From IMG/VR virus record IMGVR_UViG_3300025840_000024: 64,000 nucleotides of DNA, one strand, 5' to 3'. The notes beneath the pieces were generated by a model that was not told the DNA's origin, did not search any database, and saw only the letters and a program-made list of their open reading frames with translations. Positions 21,801 to 30,083 of the stretch are shown here, piece after piece. This DNA is from an uncultured virus (IMG/VR IMGVR_UViG_3300025840_000024) (Duplodnaviria > Heunggongvirae > Uroviricota > Caudoviricetes). Position numbers and translations under genes: made by a program. Each line of letters starts with the position of its first letter. Positions within the stretch are counted from its first letter, which is position 1.

Positions 21801-23025
21801 TGCTTCTGCAAGTGATTTTGAAACTTTTGAAGGTTTGGTAGTTGATGGCAACAATCCAGGATATTTGAAAATTAAAGATGAAATTATTAAGTATACATCA
21901 GTTGTTGATAATACAATTTCAGGTTTGACAAGAGGTATAGATTCAACTATTCAACTAGATTATGATTTGGGCACTAAAGTATATAAGTATGAGATTGGTG
22001 GGGTTTCGTTGAGAAGAATTAATACTGAGCATTCTATTAGTTCTAATAGCAATGATATTGATAGTTATTATGTCGTATTTGATAGATCTAACTTCGATTC
22101 AAATACAATTAATAGAAATTCGGATCAAGATAGTGCTCCTCAATCCTCTGGATCACCATTACTTTCTTTCAATAAATCATTGGTTTGTGGAGAAAGTAAT
22201 GTAACCGCAACAGAAAATATACAATTCAATGCAATTAATCCCCATATCGACTTAATTAATCCAAATTCGCAAACTTCAGTAACTGCTCAAATTAGAACAG
22301 TAAGTGGAACTAGTGTTGGAGGAAATGAGACCTCATTTGTTGATCAAGGATATGAATCTGTTGAAATTGGATCAGAAAATAGATTATCTTCAACCAGAAT
22401 AGTCTGTTCGGATGTAAATGAAACTACATATTTAAGTAATTTATTGAGAAATAAATCATTCACATTAAAAGTTGACTTACAATCAAATAATCCAAATTTA
22501 TCTCCAATTGTTTTCTGGGATAATTCTTCTATAGAATTTATCAGTAATCGTCTAAACAAACCAATTTCAAGTTATCCAAGTGATAATAGAGTGAATTCAA
22601 TTTCCAATGATCCACACTCTGCAGTATATGTCTCAAATACTGTTAGACTTGCAAATCCAGCAACATCTCTTAGAGTATATTTAAGTGCTTATCGTCATTC
22701 ATCTGCTGATTTTAGAGTTCTTTATAGTTTAATTAAACCAGATTCTAGTGAAGTTTCACAATCATTTGAATTGTTCCCAGGATATGACAATCTAACTTTA
22801 GATAATGATACGGATGGATTCTTAGATGTTGTCGATCCATCAAAAAATAGCGGATTGCAAGATCGTCGTATTCCTGCTAGTTTGGAAGATGAATTTAGAG
22901 AATATGAGTATAGCATAAATGACCTTGACAGTTTTGTTGGATATACAATTAAAATTGTAATGTCCGGAACAGATCAGGCACATGCACCAAGATTTAAGGA
23001 CCTCAGGAGCATAGCATTAGCATGA
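15835..23025 (+). CDS. large virion structural protein, VrlC-like/DUF4815 (2396 aa)
   Basis: NLNVSPYYDDF..NYYKVLFNPG.PIQARELNTLQSILQ; APGADRFKI; RTYDESGDY; RFKSGFFVDDF; DPLAQSF; GSLFKSQNGS.W; follows gp8 as in cyanomyoviruses. Confidence 0.85.
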   Translation: MAQKTNLNVSPYYDDFLESGVGAKDKNYYKVLFNPGKPIQARELNTLQSILQDQVEKFGSHVFKEGSLVIPGSTTFDNNLYAVKLNLTQFGVSISTYLSQLVGKTIVGQNSGVSASVQLAQLPNSEVEYPTLYVKYLNSDSNYEFNPFQDNEPLSASENITYSTTTINADTTFATTISSDATKIGSSASINEGVYFVRGAFVRVPKQTIILDYYTNSPSYRVGLQVNEEIITAKDDSSLYDNAKGFTNFAAPGADRFKISLVLTKKLLSDTNDTDFIEILRVKDGAIKKLDIKSNYNIIKDYLAQRTYDESGDYTTTPFEIKIKNSLNDRLGNDGVFFDTEKTDKGNIPSDNLLSIKLSPGKAYVRGYDIEKTGIEIIDVEKPRTTETVSISNVPFEMGNLLRVNNVTGSPKQNNVVYLQSERKNSTETAAGVTIGDAQVYTFNLTDAAYQNPSTNWDLYLYDVQTYTELTLNQSVSSTDVPQSSYIKGKSSGASGYAVSAGSDTEIIQIKQTSGTFSAGEKILINGSELVSRTIKTVRSYQTSDIKSVHQSTSISGFQTAFLADTQLDRISRPGIIKITTGGTATIGSPASFSGIKTGDIIRYQIDDSTETYNKVSSIDPSLLSMELSEIANVSGVCSGTYPGSNFSGSYSLGVPKIRNEEDGYLYAQIEDSNVSSVNLSSSVISFTADSNTTFTPSSGTLTVNRGNFTLGVNSITAQFEQFDEERYSISYSDGTIDDLTPDKFSLSNNEVTFTGLDNKEISNIKATFVKNGIQSKAKQYNRSKIVNVVLSKNPQSGSSANSSINDGLTYNNQAYGLRVQDDEISLNYPDVGKVLAVLESLDNNLPVLDQITFSSLANVDTNAIIGENIIGRSTNTVARVVTKTSTDTLGIVYLNNNRFSTNESVIFEDSNIKTEIQTIVSGQYRNITDKFALNKGQNDQFYDYSRLVRKRGQDSPSRKLSIIFDYYSIPSGDTGDLFTVNSYSQERFLSDIPNIGRSAVRASDTLDFRPRVSPFTGTTSSPFYGTPNRFANSLNFIVSPNESALIGYDFYLPRIDRLFLDKTGTLNIVKGIPSVNPKPPASLDDAMELASIRLPAYLYDTNDVEITLVDNKRYTMRDIGKIEDRVETLERVTSLSLLELNTKTLQIRDAQGLDRFKSGFFVDDFKNYDLINVGVSDIEINSENNELTTPLTRNSLEMKLVTQENISDENLDYANNYTLIDNNVQKTGEAVTLKYESVDWISQNFATKVENVNPFHVILYTGNIKLSPERDSWVRPIRLADQIISRTNTFFGGSWGVSTFQWGFDRVVASGSETYMRSRNTGFSVVNLKPLTRYYQFLDGNSGVDYIPKLIEIATDSTLENYGASGAFTVGETVVGSFDGQRLITFRVAQSNHKEGPFNNPSIKYTTNPYSTNENIPEAYSASSKTLNVDIAGLSAQAQGLYNGYLVQGMQLVGQTSGTVAYVKNLRLISDINGFLSGSFYLKNPLTSPPPSVRIETGSKVYKLTSSPTNETPLPGSKLISSGESLYTSTGIWQAWQRLTIRTTNISIRVDYSDPLAQSFTVGGSIEDVQAPNIAIRSDDAYGAYLTAVDVFFGNKDSGNATVSLEIRKVELGTPTNNRIGNRVTLNPDQVFTSRDASIPTTFTFDYPIPLEPNSEYALVLLAPQSDQYEVWIAEMGEKTIETRDLPDSQAIKYGRQFAIGSLFKSQNGSIWTANQYQDMKFKLHKANFTSSSGSVLFHNPSLDVSNGYIQSLNSNPLTIVPREVKLGITTLTDDSLIGILTEGRKISTQLRPYTYGTIVGTGASVVTVGITTGGFNYVTDSDNECSTFAITGNGSGLTLDVEANAGIINSVTPVNYGSGYNVGDVVGIVTSDMSSGTGRDAQITITGIGTGANTLFVSNVQGDSFAGAAATLTYYDNSGVVQVATATTVNTSTPTGGIYSGNYFKVDHYHHGMYSDLNKVVISNVISDIKPTTLANRLTTSETSILVASASDFETFEGLVVDGNNPGYLKIKDEIIKYTSVVDNTISGLTRGIDSTIQLDYDLGTKVYKYEIGGVSLRRINTEHSISSNSNDIDSYYVVFDRSNFDSNTINRNSDQDSAPQSSGSPLLSFNKSLVCGESNVTATENIQFNAINPHIDLINPNSQTSVTAQIRTVSGTSVGGNETSFVDQGYESVEIGSENRLSSTRIVCSDVNETTYLSNLLRNKSFTLKVDLQSNNPNLSPIVFWDNSSIEFISNRLNKPISSYPSDNRVNSISNDPHSAVYVSNTVRLANPATSLRVYLSAYRHSSADFRVLYSLIKPDSSEVSQSFELFPGYDNLTLDNDTDGFLDVVDPSKNSGLQDRRIPASLEDEFREYEYSINDLDSFVGYTIKIVMSGTDQAHAPRFKDLRSIALA

Positions 23026-23222
23026 TACCAGTAAAAGGGCATCCAAATTTATATCGGGATGAAAAATCCGGAGCCATTATAAATTGTGACAGTCAATCCT
23101 ACAATCAATACATTATTTCATCAAATAATAGAGAAACTCAAAAAAGAGAAATTGAAAAAATGAAAAGTGATATTGAAGAAATTAAAACATTACTAAAGGA
23201 GTTGGTAAATGAATCCAAATGA
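23022..23222 (+). CDS. small hypothetical protein with C-terminal coiled coil
   Basis: ATGA overlap with the upstream gene; PVKGHPNLYRD..SGAIIN; heptad C-terminus. Confidence 0.8.
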   Translation: MIPVKGHPNLYRDEKSGAIINCDSQSYNQYIISSNNRETQKREIEKMKSDIEEIKTLLKELVNESK

Positions 23223-23397
23223 TATTGAATTGGAAACTATGGCAAAAATGTTTGCATATGAAAAAGAATCTAGAATGATTGATGAAATTGAAAATATTGA
23301 AGATTTAAAAAATATTGCAAAGTCCTATATCAAACTTTATTTGAAGCAGCAAGAGGTTTTAAAATCTTTACCAACTATTGGAAATATAAATACCTAA
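23209..23397 (+). CDS. small hypothetical protein
   Basis: AAGGAG RBS; overlaps the previous stop region; AT-rich codon usage like its neighbours. Confidence 0.75.
   Translation: MNPNDIELETMAKMFAYEKESRMIDEIENIEDLKNIAKSYIKLYLKQQEVLKSLPTIGNINT
23385..23392 (+). promoter_or_regulatory. late promoter TATAAATA
   Basis: Exact consensus 26 nt upstream of the ORF at 23419. Confidence 0.8.
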
Positions 23398-23418
23398 AGA
23401 TATATTCTTTTTTAAATA

Positions 23419-23754
23419 ATGGCAGTATATGTATCCAATATAGTAATTGAGCAAGGTTTCGATTTTGATACTTCTTTCCAATTAGAGGATACTAGAACAA
23501 ATTCTTTTCTGGATCTTAATAATTATACTACCGAAGGTCAATTGAGAAAGCATCCTGGCAGCTCTACCGCAGTTTCATTTGCCACGACTGTTACTAATCC
23601 AGATACTGGTATTATTTCAATATCACTGACTGCTGCCCAAACTATTTTGATAAAACCTGGAAGATATAATTATGATATAAAAGTGGCGGCAGATGGAAAA
23701 GAATACAAAGCTATAGAAGGTTCCGCACTCGTTAGAGCAGGAGTAACAAGGTAA
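23419..23754 (+). CDS. virion structural protein (Ig-like/BppU-like small domain)
   Basis: NIVIEQG.DF...QLRKH..S...F......GIISISLTAAQT..IKPGRY.YDI...EG.ALVR.GVTR pattern; late promoter. Confidence 0.7.
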   Translation: MAVYVSNIVIEQGFDFDTSFQLEDTRTNSFLDLNNYTTEGQLRKHPGSSTAVSFATTVTNPDTGIISISLTAAQTILIKPGRYNYDIKVAADGKEYKAIEGSALVRAGVTR

Positions 23755-23755
23755 A

Positions 23756-25012
23756 ATGCCTAATATAAACGATAGAATTGGATCTCAAAATGTAATTCGT
23801 GTTTTATCTAATGCTTCAGCGCCACCAACAAGATTAATTAATCTTACTGATGTAGATTCTACTATAAGAGATGATGGTGTCATTCTAGTTTGGGATCTTG
23901 GCACTGAAAAATTTATAACCACTAGTGTTATTGATAGCGCTATTTTTGGCGCAAGTAGTCTTGTTTCTTTTACTAATACTACGGATTCTTCACTTATAAC
24001 AAATGGTGCTCTTGTTATAAGTGGTGGTGTTGGTATTGGCAAAAATTTAAACATAGGTGGAGGTGTTTCGATAACTGGATTATCAACGTTTGCATCTAAT
24101 TTGGATATTAATGCATCGGTTGATATTCTTTCCAATCTAGACGTTGGTGGAAATATAGTAATAACAGGATTATCGACATTTGCATCTAATCTGGATATTA
24201 ATGCTGCGGTCGATATTCTTACTACATTAGATGTAACAGGAAAAATAACTGGAAGTGGTCTTTTTGAATCTAAAGGAACAACCACACTAGCATCAAATGG
24301 TGGCATAACAACTACTGGTGGTGATTTATATGTTGATAATGATCTTTATGTTGGTAGAAATGTAAATGTTGTTGGAGTTTCCACATTTATTGGAAATGTA
24401 ACATTTAAGGGAGGAACCATTGGTATTGGAGACTCCACTAGTGATGATATTGATATTGGTGGCGAATTTATATCCAATTTGGTTCCAAATGATGATAACA
24501 CCTATGATATTGGTATCTCTACTCAAAGGTGGAGAACTGGACGTTTTTCTGGACTAGTAACAACTACAGATCTATATGTTTCTGGCATCAGTACCTTAGG
24601 AGTTACTACACTTACTGATGTAACTGCACAACAACTCAATGTTTCTGGCATCAGTACTTTAGGAATTACTACTGCTACTGATTTAACAGTACAACAACTC
24701 AATGTAAGTGGTATCAGTACTTTAGGAGTTACTACACTTACTGATGTAACTGCACAACAACTTTATATATCAGGTCTTTCAACATTTAAAAATAATGTAA
24801 GTATCACAGGATTTGTAACAGTAACTGAAGGTTTATATTATGATAGTGATAATTATACAGGTCCAAATGGCATTGCATATTTTGATGATACAGGAAAACT
24901 TATAGGAGCAGCAGCAACTACAACAGGAATAACAACGAGTAATTTTATTCTTACAACAGATGCTGTAGGAATACCTACATGGACATCAGTAATTGACGGA
25001 GGATGGTATTGA
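23756..25012 (+). CDS. fiber-like virion protein with Gly/Thr-rich repeats
   Basis: GALVISGGVGIGKNLNIGG, repeated SGISTL/TGLSTF, C-terminal PTWTSVIDGGWY. Confidence 0.7.
   Translation: MPNINDRIGSQNVIRVLSNASAPPTRLINLTDVDSTIRDDGVILVWDLGTEKFITTSVIDSAIFGASSLVSFTNTTDSSLITNGALVISGGVGIGKNLNIGGGVSITGLSTFASNLDINASVDILSNLDVGGNIVITGLSTFASNLDINAAVDILTTLDVTGKITGSGLFESKGTTTLASNGGITTTGGDLYVDNDLYVGRNVNVVGVSTFIGNVTFKGGTIGIGDSTSDDIDIGGEFISNLVPNDDNTYDIGISTQRWRTGRFSGLVTTTDLYVSGISTLGVTTLTDVTAQQLNVSGISTLGITTATDLTVQQLNVSGISTLGVTTLTDVTAQQLYISGLSTFKNNVSITGFVTVTEGLYYDSDNYTGPNGIAYFDDTGKLIGAAATTTGITTSNFILTTDAVGIPTWTSVIDGGWY
24071..24220 (+). repeat. 90-bp-period imperfect intragenic duplication (ITGLSTFASNLDINAxVDIL x2)
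   Basis: Copies start at 24071 and 24161. Confidence 0.85.
24578..24766 (+). repeat. 3 x 63-bp imperfect tandem repeat (VSGISTLGxTTxTDxTxQQLx)
   Basis: Copies start at 24578, 24641 and 24704. Confidence 0.9.
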
Positions 25013-25857
25013 TGGCTCAACCAAGCACTAGACAAGGATTAATCGATTATTGTTTAAGGAGATTAGGATCTCCTGTGTTAGAAATAAATGTTGATGATGA
25101 TCAAATTGATGATTTAGTAGATGACGCCCTTCAACTTTTTCATGAGAGGCATTTTGATGGTGTAGAAAGAATGTATTTGAAATACAAAATATCTCAAGAT
25201 GACCTAGATAGGGGAAAAGCATCAGGGACAACTGGAGTTGGAATAGCAACAACCATAGGAACATCAACAAGTATTCCGGGTTATGGATCCACATCATTCA
25301 ATTTTTATGAAACTTCTAATTTTATTCAAATACCAGATTCTGTAATTGGTATAGAAAAAGTATTTAAATTTGATACTAGCAGCATTTCTGGAGGAATGTT
25401 TAGCATCAAATATCAATTATTTTTAAATGATTTATATTATTTTAATTCAGTTGAACTTTTGCAGTATGCAATGACTAAATCGTATTTGGAAGACATAGAT
25501 TATTTACTGACAACAGATAAGCAATTAAGATTTAACAAAAGACAGAATAGATTGTATTTGGACATTGATTGGGGATCTCAATCTTTAGACAATTTTTTAG
25601 TTATTGATTGCTATAGAATTTTAAATCCCAATGATTTCACAAGAGTTTATAATGATAGTTTTGTTAAAAGATATCTTACTGCATTGATAAAGCGCCAGTG
25701 GGGACAAAATTTAATTAAATTCCGTGGTGTAAAACTTCCTGGAGGAATCGAACTTAATGGAAGAGAATTATATGATGATGCAGAAAAAGAAATCGCCTCC
25801 ATTTTACAGAGAATGTCGATGGATTATGAACTTCCACCTTATGACTTTATCGGATAA
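25012..25857 (+). CDS. gp13: neck protein gp13
   Basis: LIDYCLRRLGSPVLEINVDDDQIDDLVDDALQ.F.ERHFDG; LIKRQWGQNLIKF.GVKLPGG; start placed at the TGATG overlap at 25012. Confidence 0.95.
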   Translation: MAQPSTRQGLIDYCLRRLGSPVLEINVDDDQIDDLVDDALQLFHERHFDGVERMYLKYKISQDDLDRGKASGTTGVGIATTIGTSTSIPGYGSTSFNFYETSNFIQIPDSVIGIEKVFKFDTSSISGGMFSIKYQLFLNDLYYFNSVELLQYAMTKSYLEDIDYLLTTDKQLRFNKRQNRLYLDIDWGSQSLDNFLVIDCYRILNPNDFTRVYNDSFVKRYLTALIKRQWGQNLIKFRGVKLPGGIELNGRELYDDAEKEIASILQRMSMDYELPPYDFIG

Positions 25858-25859
25858 TC

Positions 25860-27293
25860 ATGGCACTAAATCCATTTTTCTTACAAGGTTCTCAAAGTGA
25901 GCAATACCTTATACAAGATCTTATAAATGAACAATTAAGAATGTATGGCATAGAAGTATACTATTTGCCAAGAAAAATATTTACAACTGACAATATTATC
26001 AGAGAAATACAATCATCAAAATTTGATGATACTTTTTTGATAGAAGCATATCTGAACAATTATGAAGGATATGCTCCAGGAAGTGATATAATGACTAAAT
26101 TTGGATTATCTCTAAAAAATGAGATTAGTATTACAATCTCAAGAGAACGTTATGAAGAATTTATTGCACCTTTCTTAGAAGGTATATCTTCCGGAGTCCG
26201 TGAAGGTAGAATTACTGGATTTGATTTTGCTGACTTGATTACAAGACCAAAAGAAGGAGATTTAATATATTTTCCATTAGGTGAAAGATTATTTGAAATT
26301 AAAAGAGTAGAATCGGAAAAACCATTTTATCAACTTGGTAAGAATTATGTCTATGAATTAAATTGTGAATTATATGAATATGAAAATGAACTTATCGATA
26401 CTGCAATAGATGAAATTGACAACACTGTGGAGGATGAAGGTTATATTACGACTTTGGTCTTAGTAAATGGAGGAACAAATGCAACTGCAACTGCTGGTAT
26501 TGGAAGTGGTTATATTAGGGAAATATTCTTAAATAATGATGGTTATGGATATACCTCGGCACCGACTGTTACATTATCACCTCCTCCTTCAGGAACTAGA
26601 GCTACGGCAGTTGCTACTGTTACTTCAGTTGCCGGTCTCAAATCTATAGATAGAATTTTATTAACTCATGCTGGATCTGGTTATGTAGAACCGCCAACAA
26701 TAACCATAACAGGGGGAGGTGGAACTGGTGCAGCTGCAACTTGTTCGGTTGAACCAATAAGAAAAGGCGTTGTTTCTTTCAATATTACAAATGCTGGAGA
26801 TGGATATTATACAAAACCAAACATAATAATTTCCGAGCCAACAGGATCTGGAATTACGGCAACTGCTACCGCAGAATCCATAATTTCTTCTGGTTCCATT
26901 TCTCAAATAGTCATTACAAATCCTGGTATTGGTTATACTGAAAATCCAACAGTCACGGTTGCAGGATTATCTACAACAGGAATTGGTACATTTATCTATA
27001 ATGAAGTAGTAACTGGAGAAACTTCTGGTACAACAGCTAGAGTTAGAGATTATAGAACAACAGTTCCAGTTTTACCTGGAGAAGTTGCCATTACCAATTT
27101 ACGAGTTGCAATAAATAGTGGTAAGTTTTCTGCTGGAGAGGTTGTTGCAGGTTCAATTTCTTCTGCAAGATATATCGTCGAGTCTTATTCAACAGACAGT
27201 TATGATGATCCATATGATGCAAATAAAGAAATAGAAGATGAAGCGGATTCTATTTTAGATTTTACAGAATCTAATCCATTCGGAGATTATTAA
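25860..27293 (+). CDS. gp14: neck protein gp14
   Basis: MALNPFF.QG...EQ.L.QDLINEQLRMYG.EVYYLPR; RPKEGDLIYFPL; PFYQLGKNYVY; DFTESNPFG. Confidence 0.95.
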   Translation: MALNPFFLQGSQSEQYLIQDLINEQLRMYGIEVYYLPRKIFTTDNIIREIQSSKFDDTFLIEAYLNNYEGYAPGSDIMTKFGLSLKNEISITISRERYEEFIAPFLEGISSGVREGRITGFDFADLITRPKEGDLIYFPLGERLFEIKRVESEKPFYQLGKNYVYELNCELYEYENELIDTAIDEIDNTVEDEGYITTLVLVNGGTNATATAGIGSGYIREIFLNNDGYGYTSAPTVTLSPPPSGTRATAVATVTSVAGLKSIDRILLTHAGSGYVEPPTITITGGGGTGAAATCSVEPIRKGVVSFNITNAGDGYYTKPNIIISEPTGSGITATATAESIISSGSISQIVITNPGIGYTENPTVTVAGLSTTGIGTFIYNEVVTGETSGTTARVRDYRTTVPVLPGEVAITNLRVAINSGKFSAGEVVAGSISSARYIVESYSTDSYDDPYDANKEIEDEADSILDFTESNPFGDY

Positions 27294-28090
27294 TGTTAGG
27301 GACTTATTTTTATCACGAAATTATTAGAAAGACCATAGTTGGATTTGGTACTCTTTTTAATAACATTTACATTCGTCATGAGAAAAAAGATGGATCAACT
27401 CTTGATGAAACAAAAGTTGCTTTGTCTTATGGTCCAATGCAGAAGTTCCTTGCCAAAATAGAAGAGCAGGCACAATTAACAAAATCAATTGCTACTACTC
27501 TTCCTAGAATGTCATTTGAAATGACATCTATTCAATATGACCCTACAAGAAAGTCGAGTGTAACTCAAACATTTAAAGCTTCTGATGGAAGTAACTTGAA
27601 AAAAGTTTACATGCCAGTACCATATAATATTGGATTCGAATTGAGTATTTTTACAAAATTGAATGATGATGCTCTACAAATAGTTGAGCAGATACTTCCG
27701 TTTTTTCAACCATCATTTAATTTAACGGTTGATTTAGTTAGTTCTATAGGAGAGAAAAAAGATATTCCGATAATACTTGATAATATATCATTCCAAGATA
27801 ATTATGAAGGAAATTTTTCTACAAGAAGAGCACTTATTTACACCTTAAACTTTACTGCGAAAACATATCTATTTGGACCAATTGCAGAGAGTACGGATGG
27901 TCTCATTCGTAAGGTTCAGGTTGATTATTATACTGGAACGGATACAAATACGGCAAAAAGAGAGATGAGATATACTGCCGTTCCTGATCCAATTGATGCG
28001 GAACCAGCAGATGATTTTGGATTTAGTGAAACAATAGAGATGTTGTTTGATTCTAAGGAATATAGTCCAACTCAACAAAAAGATATATGA
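27293..28090 (+). CDS. gp15: tail sheath stabilizer/terminator gp15
   Basis: YFYHEIIRKTIVGFGTLFNNI; LPRMSFE; PVPYNI.FEL; QIVEQILPFFQP. Confidence 0.95.
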   Translation: MLGTYFYHEIIRKTIVGFGTLFNNIYIRHEKKDGSTLDETKVALSYGPMQKFLAKIEEQAQLTKSIATTLPRMSFEMTSIQYDPTRKSSVTQTFKASDGSNLKKVYMPVPYNIGFELSIFTKLNDDALQIVEQILPFFQPSFNLTVDLVSSIGEKKDIPIILDNISFQDNYEGNFSTRRALIYTLNFTAKTYLFGPIAESTDGLIRKVQVDYYTGTDTNTAKREMRYTAVPDPIDAEPADDFGFSETIEMLFDSKEYSPTQQKDI

Positions 28091-28101
28091 GGTTCTGATA
28101 T

Positions 28102-28518
28102 ATGAATAGCAGTTATGATGGTCTTGATAAGGCATTGAATACTCAAAGTAGTATTATAGAAACTACCGCGAAAGAAATAGAGATTGCTAAGACTAATAGT
28201 AATGATGTGCAAAAAGATTATGAATACACTAGAGCCAACCTCTATTCGCTCATAGAGAAGGGTCAAGAGGCAATTAATGGCATTATGGAACTCGCAGGGG
28301 AAGGAGCAAGCCCAAGGGCATATGAGGTTGCTGGACAGTTAATTAAGAGTGTTGCTGATACTACTGATAAACTCATAGATCTTCAAAAGAAACTTAAAGA
28401 TGTTGAAGAGGATACTGTCAAGACTACCAATAATGTAACTAATAATGCAGTGTTTGTTGGATCAACTTCTGAACTTCAAAAAATGCTTAAGCAGGGATTC
28501 CTAAATAATAAAGAGTAA
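28102..28518 (+). CDS. gp16: terminase small subunit gp16
   Basis: DYEYTRANLYSLIEKGQEAI; PRAYEVAGQLIK; NNAVFVGSTSELQKML. Confidence 0.95.
   Translation: MNSSYDGLDKALNTQSSIIETTAKEIEIAKTNSNDVQKDYEYTRANLYSLIEKGQEAINGIMELAGEGASPRAYEVAGQLIKSVADTTDKLIDLQKKLKDVEEDTVKTTNNVTNNAVFVGSTSELQKMLKQGFLNNKE
28501..28507 (+). promoter_or_regulatory. late promoter variant CTAAATA
   Basis: Lies at the end of gp16, about 20 nt upstream of the ORF at 28527; the same variant precedes gp20 and gp3. Confidence 0.6.
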
Positions 28519-28526
28519 TTTTTCTA

Positions 28527-30080
28527 ATGGGTTGGTCAGAAAAATATAAAAAATCAATTGATTGCAACAACCCAAAAGGTTTCAGTCAACGTGCTCACTG
28601 CCAGGGTCGCAAAAAGAAAATGAGTGAAGAAAAGAAAGATCACGAATACTCCATGGCACGGTCAGAATTAAAGACCGTGACCAATGCCGTAAAGCGTCTT
28701 CAAAAGAAGATGGGAAAGAAAGGTGAGGGGGATTTGCAAGCATGGGTTCAATCCAAAATTACCAAAGCAGCAGATTATATTGATACTGCAGCAGATTATG
28801 TGACTAATGAAGAAACAAAATCCGGAGATCAAGGTCTTCACGATTGGTTTGGTAAATCCAAGTCTTCAGATGGCAAAAAAGGATGGGTTCAACTTGGTGG
28901 CAAATGGGCAGGTAAACCTTGTGCTCGTCAACCAGGTCAAACTTCAACGCCAAAGTGTGGAAGTTCTAAAATGGCAGCAAATTTGAGTGCCGAAGAAGAG
29001 GAATCTGCAAGAAGAAGAAAAAATCGTCAAGATCCAAATCAACCAGAAAAATCTGGTGCTGCCAAACCAACTAACGTAAAAACTGAAGAAATGAACATCC
29101 AAGAAGTAAAAGATAAACCAGGTAAAGGTAGCGGCAAGAAAGATGCCTGCTATAACAAGGTCAAGTCTCGTTATTCTGTCTGGCCAAGTGCGTATGCCTC
29201 AGGTGCTCTGGTTAAGTGCCGTAAAGTTGGTGCTGCTAACTGGGGAAATAAGACAGAATCAGTGGAATTTTCTAATTGGAGAGATGATTTTAAGGCAACT
29301 GAATATGAGTTCATTGATCTTATCAAACCAGAAGAAATTGGTGAAGGTCGCACTGTCAGTGGAGTTAGAGATAGTGAAGCAATAACAAGAAACAAAAGAA
29401 GAAGAGAAGAAACTCAAAAAAAACCAAGATTAAGACGTGGAGAAATGCGTTGGAAAAATGCTCAAGGTGAATGGGTTTCTAACAAAGATCCAAAAATCAC
29501 AAGTGTTTTTGAAAATTCATCAGAAATTGAGATACCTTCAGGAGATATAAAAAAACTTGTCAAAAAAGCAGTTAAAAGAATTGATTATGATGTCGATGGC
29601 GATGTAGATGCGCAGGATAAAGTTGAGAAGAAGACGGGAGAATATGGTGAACAACTTCCAACTCCATATGGAAAGTTTAGGACTGGAGACTCTAAAAAAG
29701 TAAAGGTCAAGAAAGAGCAGTTTTCTGATTGGAGATCTCAAATTGCAGAGTCTCATTGCAATTGCAAGTGTGGGAAAGATCCTTGTATGACCTGTGGTAA
29801 ATCTTGCCATAAACAAGTCAAAGAAGACTGGCAGAAAGTAAATAAGTCTGATAGAACTGATGGTATGAGTCCTGCTGCAGTCAAAGCATATCGTCGTGAG
29901 AATCCAGGTTCTAAACTCAAGACTGCCGTAACTGGTGATCCAAAGCCAGGTAGTAAGGATGCGAAGCGTAGAAAGTCTTTCTGTGCTCGCTCTAAGGGGC
30001 AGCAAGACATGCATAACATTGATTGCTCTAAAACCCCCGATAAACCTGTTTGTAAAGCCCGTCGTCGCTGGAAGTGCTGA
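28527..30080 (+). CDS. modular basic, Cys-containing hypothetical protein (candidate head-internal polyprotein)
   Basis: 517-aa ORF; basic modules separated by Glu-ending linkers. Confidence 0.85.
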   Translation: MGWSEKYKKSIDCNNPKGFSQRAHCQGRKKKMSEEKKDHEYSMARSELKTVTNAVKRLQKKMGKKGEGDLQAWVQSKITKAADYIDTAADYVTNEETKSGDQGLHDWFGKSKSSDGKKGWVQLGGKWAGKPCARQPGQTSTPKCGSSKMAANLSAEEEESARRRKNRQDPNQPEKSGAAKPTNVKTEEMNIQEVKDKPGKGSGKKDACYNKVKSRYSVWPSAYASGALVKCRKVGAANWGNKTESVEFSNWRDDFKATEYEFIDLIKPEEIGEGRTVSGVRDSEAITRNKRRREETQKKPRLRRGEMRWKNAQGEWVSNKDPKITSVFENSSEIEIPSGDIKKLVKKAVKRIDYDVDGDVDAQDKVEKKTGEYGEQLPTPYGKFRTGDSKKVKVKKEQFSDWRSQIAESHCNCKCGKDPCMTCGKSCHKQVKEDWQKVNKSDRTDGMSPAAVKAYRRENPGSKLKTAVTGDPKPGSKDAKRRKSFCARSKGQQDMHNIDCSKTPDKPVCKARRRWKC

Positions 30081-30083
30081 TCA

